From a virus: 64,000 nt of DNA. Shown here piece by piece: positions 18,086 to 26,933 of this stretch (within the stretch, counting starts at the first letter, position 1; every line of letters starts with the position of its first letter). The DNA is taken from IMG/VR virus record IMGVR_UViG_3300035698_010358, positions 8,159-72,158 of that record. One strand, written 5' to 3'. The notes below the pieces were generated by a model. That model searched no databases. It had not been told where the DNA came from and worked only from the letters and a program-made list of their open reading frames with translations. A program made the position numbers and the translations under genes.

Positions 18086-19498
18086 ATGAGTGCAGCAGGA
18101 TGGGGTCCAGCCCCCGGAGACCAACCGCTCCCGCCTCAAAACGGGTCGGTTCAGAGTCCTTTTATTTCAGGAGTCCTAGACCTTAACTGGGACAATCCAT
18201 CCTTGCTGGCCAAGAATGCTGCTTACACGGTAGTTGGGGTCAACGTCTATCGAAGTGATGTCTCTGATCGAGGCCCCTTCTACCGTATTAACGAGTTCCC
18301 CGTAGGGGGGACTTTTTATCGGGATTGGACTCAGAATATTCAGGTTACAGAAACAGTATCCTGGGTAGACTGGACATACAAAGGCGATGGTCCAAATACT
18401 CGACAGTATTCGTTTTCTACTAAACAAAAACCTGCCGTCAAACAAGTCCCTGAACCACCTTATGATAGGCCAACCCCAGCTAATGCTGTCACAGATGTGA
18501 CTTTGACCGTTGAGGGTGTAGAAGTCCCTGTTCACTCTGTGTTCGGCCCAACAGGAGAAATCGTCCTCATTAACCAGGGGACATTCAACGTGGCCACAGA
18601 GAAGATTGAGCCAGCATTACTCCCTACGGAGAACTCTGTAGTGGAAATATCTTACTGGGTGAACAGGAATCAGCTACGTTCCAGCCTTGATACCAGTTTA
18701 TTTTACCGGTTGACCACCGTGGTAATAGATTCAACCACCCCCAGTGGGTACAAGGAAACGGATTTAGAGTGGTGTAAACCTATCCTGAGTTCCGCTGTTG
18801 AAGATATGGATTACATTTGGAGGGAAGCCGTCAGACGTAATGCCTGGATTCTCCAGCAGGGTGGGGAACGGGTAAAAATCTTCATAAGGCGAACAACAGG
18901 CATCCCATGTTCTTGTGGCCTAGACCCGAAGACTAAAGAGTATCTTGGACAGCACTCACAAAGGTGTGAAGTGTGTTACGGGACCGGATTTGTTGGGGGT
19001 TATGAGGGTCCTTATGAAGCAATCATTGCTCCTGATGACTTTGAACGTCGGATAAGCCAAGGACCAACAGGCCGTAAGAAAGAACATTCGGGTGAGGTTT
19101 TCATGGGTCCTAGCCCTGTCGTAACTCAACGGGATTTCATTGTGAAACAGACCAATGAACGATACTCGATAGGACCCGCTCGACGGCCAACAAACCGTGG
19201 GAACCTGCTCCAGCAGCATTTCAATATTGGTTATTTGGATGAACAGGATGTCCGCCACAAAGTTCCTATTGATGGGGTGGGTGATTTCCTTCGTCCTCAG
19301 ACTCGATATGGATTCCGTCAGTATCCTTCAATGCCTGTGGACGGGGAGCTTTCATTCCCAGAGTCCACTATGCCTGACCAGGCTGCTTATCCTGAAGGTC
19401 CTGATTCCCAAACTCCAATGCAGACGGATAAACAACCGTGGGCTACAGGTACACAACAAAGAGGGCGTACGCCGGTTTGGGAAAATACCTCAGAGTGA
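18086..19498 (+). CDS. Putative neck/head-closure protein with Zn-binding motif
   Basis: CSC...CEVCYGTGFVGGY as in large-phage neck proteins; Fn3-like N-terminus; position between head and tail genes. Confidence 0.55.
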   Translation: MSAAGWGPAPGDQPLPPQNGSVQSPFISGVLDLNWDNPSLLAKNAAYTVVGVNVYRSDVSDRGPFYRINEFPVGGTFYRDWTQNIQVTETVSWVDWTYKGDGPNTRQYSFSTKQKPAVKQVPEPPYDRPTPANAVTDVTLTVEGVEVPVHSVFGPTGEIVLINQGTFNVATEKIEPALLPTENSVVEISYWVNRNQLRSSLDTSLFYRLTTVVIDSTTPSGYKETDLEWCKPILSSAVEDMDYIWREAVRRNAWILQQGGERVKIFIRRTTGIPCSCGLDPKTKEYLGQHSQRCEVCYGTGFVGGYEGPYEAIIAPDDFERRISQGPTGRKKEHSGEVFMGPSPVVTQRDFIVKQTNERYSIGPARRPTNRGNLLQQHFNIGYLDEQDVRHKVPIDGVGDFLRPQTRYGFRQYPSMPVDGELSFPESTMPDQAAYPEGPDSQTPMQTDKQPWATGTQQRGRTPVWENTSE

Positions 19499-19541
19499 TG
19501 TTTTAGTGTTGGGGGTCATTTCCAATTGATAGGTGTGTTTC

Positions 19542-20240
19542 ATGAAAAACAGTGTTGATAGAATAACATCTCGTTATATGATAATTAGCGGTATTACGGA
19601 CATTACGGACATAGCTTTGAAACTAAAACCTGTAGTTGAGAGACTTACAGGAAAAACCGTTGGGGTTTCCAAGGCTAAAAGTGAATCTTCTTCTTATCTT
19701 TATGTGCATGATTCTGATAAAGGTGATTTGAAAATCCGAATTTCCGACCATAATCCGGTTTATGGCTATGATATTGGATTTACATATCCTTTATTTTTTT
19801 TGCATAGTGATGTTTCAGGTTTTACCCAGTTTATACTGAAACATTTAAAACCAATATTGAAAGCCTGGTTGGCTAGTAGTGATAGTACTGAGTTTTTCAG
19901 TTATCATCAGAAAACCCATAATTTTGTGTTTGGTAAACAAGTGAAAACAGTACGTCCGACAAAAATGGTTTTATCTTTAATAAAGAAAAGAAAAGGAAAA
20001 CCCTTGGAGAAAGCTGAGTGGGTTTTAAAACAGCCTTTTTTACAATCTTATAAAAAATCAGATAAATATAAATCGTGGAGGGTTGTAAAAATAGAATTGT
20101 TTGTAGGTAATAAGCCTTTGTCAGGTTTTGGGTTAGTGCTTCAAAAAGGTCCTGTTATAGGTGAGCGTGGACGATTTCATGAGGGTTTTTTATTATCGGA
20201 GATCGAAAAACGGGATCGTGAATATGTAATTCAGGTTTAA
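19542..20240 (+). CDS. Hypothetical AT-rich accessory protein with IRISDH motif
   Basis: S.S.Y...KIRISDH; N-terminal DRITSRY. Confidence 0.65.
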   Translation: MKNSVDRITSRYMIISGITDITDIALKLKPVVERLTGKTVGVSKAKSESSSYLYVHDSDKGDLKIRISDHNPVYGYDIGFTYPLFFLHSDVSGFTQFILKHLKPILKAWLASSDSTEFFSYHQKTHNFVFGKQVKTVRPTKMVLSLIKKRKGKPLEKAEWVLKQPFLQSYKKSDKYKSWRVVKIELFVGNKPLSGFGLVLQKGPVIGERGRFHEGFLLSEIEKRDREYVIQV

Positions 20241-20623
20241 CGATGCCTCGTATAAACTACAATGGGCTACCTATGGGAAAACCAAAATGAATGATTCAGG
20301 TTATAAAATTGTCCACTTGACAGAGGACCCTGAGCAGTTAGCTTTCCAGACTCTTTATGTTATTGGAGAGAACGGGCATTTCTGGCATGTGGTGTTCAAC
20401 TGCCCTTGTGGTTGTGGAGCCATTATTGCTCTGAATTTACTACCTGACTCTTCACCACAATGGAAGCTGGATGAGAAAGGCCCTACATTAACTCCTTCCA
20501 TCAACAGTACTACTGGTTGTCGAAGCCATTTCGTATTAAAGAATGGCCGAATTAACTGGTCATAGAATGAATAACGATGCCTCGTATAGACTACAATCGA
20601 ATTCGGGCTACCTATGGGAAAAC
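20238..20623 (+). repeat. Imperfect direct repeat (20238-20282 and 20572-20623) flanking the DUF6527-like gene
   Basis: TAACGATGCCTCGTATARACTACAAT[CGAATTC]GGGCTACCTATGGGAAAAC; the first copy lacks 7 bp. Confidence 0.9.
20287..20565 (+). CDS. DUF6527-like Zn-binding protein
   Basis: CPCGCG...W...PTLTPSI...GCRSHF...G.I.W. Confidence 0.7.
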   Translation: MNDSGYKIVHLTEDPEQLAFQTLYVIGENGHFWHVVFNCPCGCGAIIALNLLPDSSPQWKLDEKGPTLTPSINSTTGCRSHFVLKNGRINWS

Positions 20624-21191
20624 ATGGGCAAAGACCGGTGAAATTGAGTTAGATGATAGTATTCTCAAGTTGATTGGGGAGACTCTCGTGTCCGTAGTCA
20701 AAATCGAAGCTAAGAATGAATTCGTGAAAAGAGAATGGTCACAGGATGACCCTATGGGAGGCCCGCCTATCGGTGAGTCTTTCAAGTATGAGATTCTGGG
20801 AGAACGGACAGTTGTTCTTACATCTACCTTCTATGGGTTGGCTCAGTTGACTTCCAAGGAAGGTATCCCTGAACGGAAGATGACTTGGTTGACTCAGCAG
20901 GGGCAGATGAGGAATATCCAACCTCCAAAAGAGTTTGGCAAGACACCTAAAACCAAATCAACATCTTCCAGTTCATCCCCGTTAGTGGTTCCTTTGACTA
21001 CAGATACTGGGGAAGTTATTTTCAGGATGGCACCTCTACGGACGGCAGATGCTTGGATTCATCCAGGTATCGCCCGATTCAATTTCATGGAGAGAGCTGT
21101 CAAGAAAGCAAAAGCCCAAGTTGATACAATCATGACCGAATACTGCGGCAACATTATTAGTGCCGGGATTGCTGAGGCATTTAATGGTTGA
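20577..21191 (+). CDS. Putative neck/tail-completion protein
   Basis: WIHPGIARFNFMERAV is reminiscent of HK97 gp10-like C-termini; context. Confidence 0.45.
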   Translation: MPRIDYNRIRATYGKTWAKTGEIELDDSILKLIGETLVSVVKIEAKNEFVKREWSQDDPMGGPPIGESFKYEILGERTVVLTSTFYGLAQLTSKEGIPERKMTWLTQQGQMRNIQPPKEFGKTPKTKSTSSSSSPLVVPLTTDTGEVIFRMAPLRTADAWIHPGIARFNFMERAVKKAKAQVDTIMTEYCGNIISAGIAEAFNG

Positions 21192-21804
21192 AGCTAGGAT
21201 TATTTGTACCTGCCCCTTTATCGGGATACCTGATTTAGGGTTGACCATGAAACGTGGTCAATCTGCCATAATCCCTGAAGAAAAAGCTAGATCTTCCAAG
21301 GATTTACAGATTGCTGAAAAAAACGGTGGGGTGACTGTAGCATATATTAAGAGATTCCAAGAACTTAAACCAGCCCTAGAGACTGTTCCTCGTAAAGTTC
21401 CGTTGCCACCTTCTATACGGCAACCTAACCCACCTCCTGTTGAAGTCGTCAGGGTAGAGAAGATGACTCTGGATGAGGATGCCTTGGTGGAGAAATTGGC
21501 TGCTAAGATGAACTCTTTACGTGATGGCAACACGAATGCCCTGATAGATTCTCTGATAGGGGAAGTTCAGTCTATGAGGGAAGATATTGCAAAAGGACAG
21601 CAGAATCCTCAGATTGTGAGGGAGGTTGTTCGTTCTGAGGGTACAGTAAAAGAAGATGTCCCCATGTTCATTCCCAAGACTATTATGGGGAAAGATGCTG
21701 AGGACGTTAAGATAGAGATTAAAGAAACTACTTCAGAAGGCACTGTGGATGAGGCTTCCAAAGCCTTACGTGCTTTACGGAAGAAAAAGGAGAAGAAATC
21801 ATGA
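21184..21804 (+). CDS. Hypothetical coiled-coil protein coupled to the actin-like gene
   Basis: GAGG RBS; ATGA overlap with 21801. Confidence 0.7.
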   Translation: MVEARIICTCPFIGIPDLGLTMKRGQSAIIPEEKARSSKDLQIAEKNGGVTVAYIKRFQELKPALETVPRKVPLPPSIRQPNPPPVEVVRVEKMTLDEDALVEKLAAKMNSLRDGNTNALIDSLIGEVQSMREDIAKGQQNPQIVREVVRSEGTVKEDVPMFIPKTIMGKDAEDVKIEIKETTSEGTVDEASKALRALRKKKEKKS

Positions 21805-22835
21805 CAGACGATAAAAAACCTGTGGAAACACCAGTTCCGGCAGCTTCTATTCCTTTCGGGGTTGGCCTCGACATCGGGACCATGAATGTCGTATCGGCCC
21901 GTCGTGGAAAAAACGGCATCACCTCCAAACGGATGAGAGATGTCTTCATTGACTTACCCCTTAGTGCCAAGAAGATGCTGAGTCTGTCTTCCACCAGCTT
22001 CGTTGAACGAGAAGACGATATTTTGATTCTGGGAGATGCTGCTTTGGAGACGGCCAATGTTTTCGGGACCCCTCCACGTCGTCCACTCTCTGACGGGATT
22101 ATCTCATCCTGTGAGATCGATAGCTTGGAAGTTCTCGGAATGCTCATCAAGAATGTCTTGGGAGAACCGAGGGTGAAAGATGAAGCATGTTATTTCTCCG
22201 TCCCGGCAGACCCAACGGATTCTGACAAAAATATTATTTATCATCGTGGTGTGCTTGAACAAATTATAACAGAGTGTGGGTATACCCCTTATGCTGCTAA
22301 TGAAGCTATGGCTATTATTTATTCAGAGACTGCTAAGGAGGGGTTTTCTGGGATCAGCCTATCTTTTGGATCGGGTATGGTAAATGCTGCTTTGTCTATT
22401 AACACCATTGAAGGTCTGACGTTTTCCACTTCTCGATGTGGAGACTGGATCGATGCTGGTGCTGCCAGTTCCGTCGGCCAGACTCAGGCTCGTATCTGTG
22501 CCCTGAAAGAGAAGGGCTTCGACCTGATGAAACCTGAAGGCCGTGAACAAGAAGCTCTGGCCTTCTATTACAAGTCGGCCATCAACTATGCCCTAGACAA
22601 CATTGAGGAACGGTTCAAGGCCATCCAGAACAAGTTCTCCTTGTCCAAGCCCATCCCCATCGTGGTATCGGGTGGTACAAGCCTGGCTGGGGGATTCATG
22701 GACTTCTTCAATGACGTTTTCAAGAAACGGAAGAAGTTCCCCATCGAGATTTCTGATATTCGACATGCTCAGGAACCTTTGAATGCTGTTGCCTATGGAC
22801 TGTTAATTCAAGCCATCCAAGAACACGAGGATTAA
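21801..22835 (+). CDS. Actin-fold ATPase (MreB/FtsA/MamK-like)
   Basis: Phosphate-1 GLDIGTMN, connect-1 NEAMA, phosphate-2-like SFGSGM, adenosine VVSGGTS, connect-2 NAVAYG. Confidence 0.85.
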   Translation: MTDDKKPVETPVPAASIPFGVGLDIGTMNVVSARRGKNGITSKRMRDVFIDLPLSAKKMLSLSSTSFVEREDDILILGDAALETANVFGTPPRRPLSDGIISSCEIDSLEVLGMLIKNVLGEPRVKDEACYFSVPADPTDSDKNIIYHRGVLEQIITECGYTPYAANEAMAIIYSETAKEGFSGISLSFGSGMVNAALSINTIEGLTFSTSRCGDWIDAGAASSVGQTQARICALKEKGFDLMKPEGREQEALAFYYKSAINYALDNIEERFKAIQNKFSLSKPIPIVVSGGTSLAGGFMDFFNDVFKKRKKFPIEISDIRHAQEPLNAVAYGLLIQAIQEHED

Positions 22836-22840
22836 GTAAA

Positions 22841-23722
22841 ATGGGTTCTGTCAAATTTGCATATTCAAGCGATCCCAGAACACGAGGGTTAAGTGAGAAG
22901 GATTTTATTGAGTTTACACATTCTAAAGGCATTACATTTTTGCCTGCTTTGAGAGTAGTAGCCAAGATGTTTTTCGGAATCCCTTTGGATGATACAAACT
23001 ATTTCGAGATTGTTACGGATTGGGGTTCGGGAACCACCGAAACATTCACGGAAGCCTCTTATTTGAAATATCTTTATTTGGATGGTAGATGCAACGTATC
23101 TGAGTATAGAGAAGGTGGCTTCAAGGACGTGGTTTTGTGTGCGGGACGCCGTTCTGGGAAAACCCTTTTTGAAGGAACTCTGGCTTCCTATTTTTATACC
23201 CAAGCCTGTCGGATGGATAACCCGAAGCCTATTTCCATATGTTGCCCAAATAAAGACACGACTGGTCAAGCTATGCATGAGATTAACCAAATGATCCCGA
23301 AGTGTGGGAGTAGAAGAACTCTTTCTTATATGATCCACGAAGAAGGTGCTAAGTTGCTGGCTGTCTCGGTTTATTCTAAAAAGTTGCTTGACAGTAACTT
23401 TCAACTGGCCATTCTGGATGATCTTGAACAGGCCCTCGCGGGAAAACATTCTGAAATTTATAATCATGTAGCCAACTCACGTCGTGTGGTGGCTACAACT
23501 CCGAAATTCCTTAAAACGAAAAAAGATTTCTTTCATCAATTGATGACCTTAGACGACCCTGACACAATCAGGTTCCAGATCCCAACTTGGGAAGCAAACC
23601 CCTCTATCCCTACAGAAAAACTCAGAAGGGATTTTGATCGTGATCCTCTTAGTTTCCGACTGGAGTTTGGGGCCGAACTCATTACATCAAAAGGGCAGGC
23701 TGCCCAGACGTTGGATGACTAA
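22841..23722 (+). CDS. Terminase large-subunit-like ATPase domain only (no nuclease domain)
   Basis: VLCAGRRSGKT Walker A; AILDD Walker B-like; PTWEANP...FRLEFGAE lid motif, then stop at 293 aa. Confidence 0.7.
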   Translation: MGSVKFAYSSDPRTRGLSEKDFIEFTHSKGITFLPALRVVAKMFFGIPLDDTNYFEIVTDWGSGTTETFTEASYLKYLYLDGRCNVSEYREGGFKDVVLCAGRRSGKTLFEGTLASYFYTQACRMDNPKPISICCPNKDTTGQAMHEINQMIPKCGSRRTLSYMIHEEGAKLLAVSVYSKKLLDSNFQLAILDDLEQALAGKHSEIYNHVANSRRVVATTPKFLKTKKDFFHQLMTLDDPDTIRFQIPTWEANPSIPTEKLRRDFDRDPLSFRLEFGAELITSKGQAAQTLDD

Positions 23723-23723
23723 T

Positions 23724-24305
23724 ATGGCCGATAAAGTTAAAGTTCAGAGAGTGACTCTTACCATCCATGAAGAAATGGTTCCCGTGGATTCTAATAATCC
23801 AAGTCATGTGGCTCTGGCGGAACGATTAAGTCAGCCTCATGTTCATGATATTAAATCCTACCGTATAATGGAAATCCCAAAACCTAAAACAGGTGTTGTT
23901 GAATTTACAATTAAGGGGTTTAGTTATTATAAAAATGAGAAACCATCATGTAAAAAGAAGATGAAAGCATCTAATGAAAACGGACCTTATGTTGCAATAC
24001 CTGTCCCTACTGTTAGAACTCCCTTTGACTGGTTGTCTGATGAGTTTACCCAGATAGAAAAATCTGACATCATAGTGAAGGATGTTGTGATGACTCCTTG
24101 TTTTTGGGGGATTCTTAAAAAAGATAAACTTTTTAAGGATTCTTGTGATTTGGGTAGCAATGAGTCTTGCCACATTGGGTATGTGTGGGGGGCTCGTGTT
24201 TGGTTATCTGAAGCTGTTAGTAGGGAAGCCTTAGTGTATAGAGAAAACGATCCGAATTTCCTAAAGGATTGGCCAGCTTTTGCTAATTGGGGTATGGAGG
24301 ACTAA
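23724..24305 (+). CDS. Hypothetical protein; C-terminal half resembles a capsid A-domain segment
   Basis: FTQIEKSDIIVKDVVM...GYVWGARVWLS; N-terminus paralogous to 24307 ORF. Confidence 0.55.
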   Translation: MADKVKVQRVTLTIHEEMVPVDSNNPSHVALAERLSQPHVHDIKSYRIMEIPKPKTGVVEFTIKGFSYYKNEKPSCKKKMKASNENGPYVAIPVPTVRTPFDWLSDEFTQIEKSDIIVKDVVMTPCFWGILKKDKLFKDSCDLGSNESCHIGYVWGARVWLSEAVSREALVYRENDPNFLKDWPAFANWGMED

Positions 24306-24306
24306 T

Positions 24307-24579
24307 ATGCCTACCGATAGAGAATCTGCTCGACTCAAGAAAGTCACTGTCACCATCAAAAAGGAATGGGAGCCAGTAAACCCAGACAATGCTGAGGATG
24401 TAGCCCTGGCTGCCAAACTCAGTGAAGTCCCCGTAGTGTGGAACATGAACCCGAAGAAAACGAGTATGAGCCAGAAACGGGAAGTGAGTCATTTCATAGA
24501 TGCTGGGTCAAAAGAAAACGTGGAGATGGGTGTCGGCCCTACAATGGCTACTGTCTCTGGGGATCTGTTGGACGAATAA
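24307..24579 (+). CDS. Hypothetical protein, N-terminal paralog of 23724
   Basis: KKVTVTIKKEWEPVNPDNAEDVALAAKLS vs QRVTLTIHEEMVPVDSNNPSHVALAERLS; GGAGG RBS. Confidence 0.7.
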   Translation: MPTDRESARLKKVTVTIKKEWEPVNPDNAEDVALAAKLSEVPVVWNMNPKKTSMSQKREVSHFIDAGSKENVEMGVGPTMATVSGDLLDE

Positions 24580-24659
24580 TAATTAATATGGAATAAGAAA
24601 TAAAGGGTACTGTTGTTCTGTGAGTTCGTTGGATAATGAGAATTAAGAAGGAGGTTACG

Positions 24660-25007
24660 ATGAAAACATTACAAGAAATTGAAAATGGTTTAACGGCTAA
24701 AGATTTTTTAGAGGTTTTGAAAAAATTGCTGGACAAACAATTAGATGGTTTTGTTCATACAGAGTATTTAAAACAGTTCATGGATGCTTATTGGAAACAT
24801 TATGATGAGAAGGGTGGGGTTGGTAAAATCGTTATGGACTTGAAAACTTGGGATGATTTTAGGAAAGCCACCCGGAACGATCCTAATGTTGAGATAGAAT
24901 CAAAAGCTACGAACCTAAAAAAAGGTTTGATGGGGACTTGGGATAAAATACCGATTTTTATTTCCTCTTTGTGTGAAGGATTAGTATTTCATACCGAAAA
25001 GGATTGA
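24660..25007 (+). CDS. Hypothetical protein resembling a capsid A-domain segment
   Basis: KIVMDLKTWDDFRK...LKKGLMGTWDKIPIFIS; AGGAGG RBS. Confidence 0.55.
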   Translation: MKTLQEIENGLTAKDFLEVLKKLLDKQLDGFVHTEYLKQFMDAYWKHYDEKGGVGKIVMDLKTWDDFRKATRNDPNVEIESKATNLKKGLMGTWDKIPIFISSLCEGLVFHTEKD

Positions 25008-25065
25008 TCTGGTCTAATAGAATAATCCCCCTATGTACCTCCCTTCTATAGGGAGGTACATTTGA

Positions 25066-26265
25066 ATGTACTTTAGATTAACAGAAGCTTTAAAGCGTCG
25101 GCTTATTATGGAATTGAGGAATTACTGGCAATACCACCCTCTTTATCCAGACCTGCCTGATCATATTATTGGGAAATACTCTTTCAGAGAACGCCCCTCA
25201 ACAGGTATCATTGTCAAAACTGGCGGTGGTAGCCATGTAGCTTTGTCTGCCGACAATTACCTAGGCATCCAAGAGAGTTATGTTAACCTGACCAAGTACA
25301 AGAACAAACCAGGCTTGGCTATTGAATGGGTTCGAGAAGATGCCATTGCCATCCAGAAGAATGATGGGGTTTTCCCTTCTCCTCCCGGTGTCTATTACAC
25401 CCAGCTAACAGAAGACAATCAATTTTATGTGGATGCTCTCGTTAACATCTATAATGAGATTCTAACCCCTATAGATACCTTCACGTACTCGATGACTCAG
25501 ACTCCGTTGGAAGGGACTATTCGAGTCTTTGAGATGCCTGCCCGTTATCAATTGCTTGAGGGTGAGAACTACACCGTTGAGTTGGACGGCCAAGGAAAAC
25601 CCACAGGTGAAATCACTCTAACACAAGCTCTGACAGGCAACCGATACTTGGTTGTAGATTATAAACACCCAATCGGTTCTCAGGGTCCTTACACCATCGA
25701 CCCCGGTTTTGCAAACAACACTGCTATCCCTGGAGTCGTTCTGGCTTTTGGCCGACGAAATAAAAAAGGAGATATTCAAGCAGTGGTTGTAGAGGACGTT
25801 CGTAGAGCAGCCTCTCAGATATATGGGGGCAAGTGGGAAATCTCAATGGAGTTCGATGTGGTGGCCAGAGATGTGTTTGCTCAACAGGAAATTGCTGACC
25901 AAACTGTCATATATCTCTGGGGGATACTTAGACCTCGATTATCTTCCGAAGGTATTGAAATGTCTGAGATTTCTTTGGGTGGTGAGTCAGAAGAAGTTTA
26001 CGATGAGAGTGGTGATGATTATTTCTATAACTCCTCGTTTTCATTAACAGTTACGACTGACTGGGAAGTTCATATCCCGTTAAGTGCCTTCCTTCGTCAG
26101 GTTACTCCTGCCAGCCGTGCCTATGCCGAATATTTGGCTTCAATACCAGATGAACAATTAAGACAAGCAGGGGCCGGAATACGCCAAGCCAATGAGATGG
26201 GGTTGGAAGTTATGAGGGACCCATATTTTGTTGGAAGGACTGCTAATTTCGAAGTAGTTCGTTAG
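25066..26265 (+). CDS. Putative tail-terminator/completion protein
   Basis: Position just upstream of the sheath; GGAGG RBS; C-terminal alpha/beta segment. Confidence 0.5.
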   Translation: MYFRLTEALKRRLIMELRNYWQYHPLYPDLPDHIIGKYSFRERPSTGIIVKTGGGSHVALSADNYLGIQESYVNLTKYKNKPGLAIEWVREDAIAIQKNDGVFPSPPGVYYTQLTEDNQFYVDALVNIYNEILTPIDTFTYSMTQTPLEGTIRVFEMPARYQLLEGENYTVELDGQGKPTGEITLTQALTGNRYLVVDYKHPIGSQGPYTIDPGFANNTAIPGVVLAFGRRNKKGDIQAVVVEDVRRAASQIYGGKWEISMEFDVVARDVFAQQEIADQTVIYLWGILRPRLSSEGIEMSEISLGGESEEVYDESGDDYFYNSSFSLTVTTDWEVHIPLSAFLRQVTPASRAYAEYLASIPDEQLRQAGAGIRQANEMGLEVMRDPYFVGRTANFEVVR

Positions 26266-26305
26266 TCCTTTAATTTTTCACCCATTCTAAGAGAGTGGAG
26301 GAACA

Positions 26306-26755
26306 ATGCCTTTATATTCATATCAATGTAGTTGTGGGATTCGTTTTGAGGGATCGGCCAGTATGGCCAAACATGCCGATCCAAAAGAATGCCCAGAGTG
26401 TGGGAAAATGTCTGAACGATTGATGCCAACAGATGTGAATGGGGTCTTCAATCAGGAAGTTTCAGGACCCGTCCCTCAGAATACTGGAGTGGATAGTTTT
26501 GATGCTCATATTGATAGAGTAATTGGTCAGTCTGCTGAACAAGGACGAAAAGCTCATGTGGCTCGGGTAGATACCAAAAAAGAATTACTGCGGGATAATC
26601 CCGGAGCAACTGGAAAAGATATCACGAAAACTTCTGACGGGGGATTTCATTTGATGTCTTTAGAGGAAAGAAATGCCCGAGATGCCGCTCTATCCATCAA
26701 TAATCAGGCTATGAACGCCATACAACAGGAGAGGATGAAAATCACTCCAAAGTAG
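26306..26755 (+). CDS. FmdB-family zinc-ribbon protein (second copy)
   Basis: MPLYSYQCSCG...CPECGK. Confidence 0.78.
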   Translation: MPLYSYQCSCGIRFEGSASMAKHADPKECPECGKMSERLMPTDVNGVFNQEVSGPVPQNTGVDSFDAHIDRVIGQSAEQGRKAHVARVDTKKELLRDNPGATGKDITKTSDGGFHLMSLEERNARDAALSINNQAMNAIQQERMKITPK

Positions 26756-26933
26756 AAACTAGACCATAAGTGGTCGTGGACAAAACATACATATGGAAAT
26801 ACTGACAACCAACTTGAGCTTGATAACCGCCGTAGGCTGGAGAAACAGACGAACTAACTGATGAACAGATTGAATAGTTTGAGCTGAAACTCCGCAATAA
26901 CTTGTGGAATGAACCGAATTTAAGAGGTGTACA

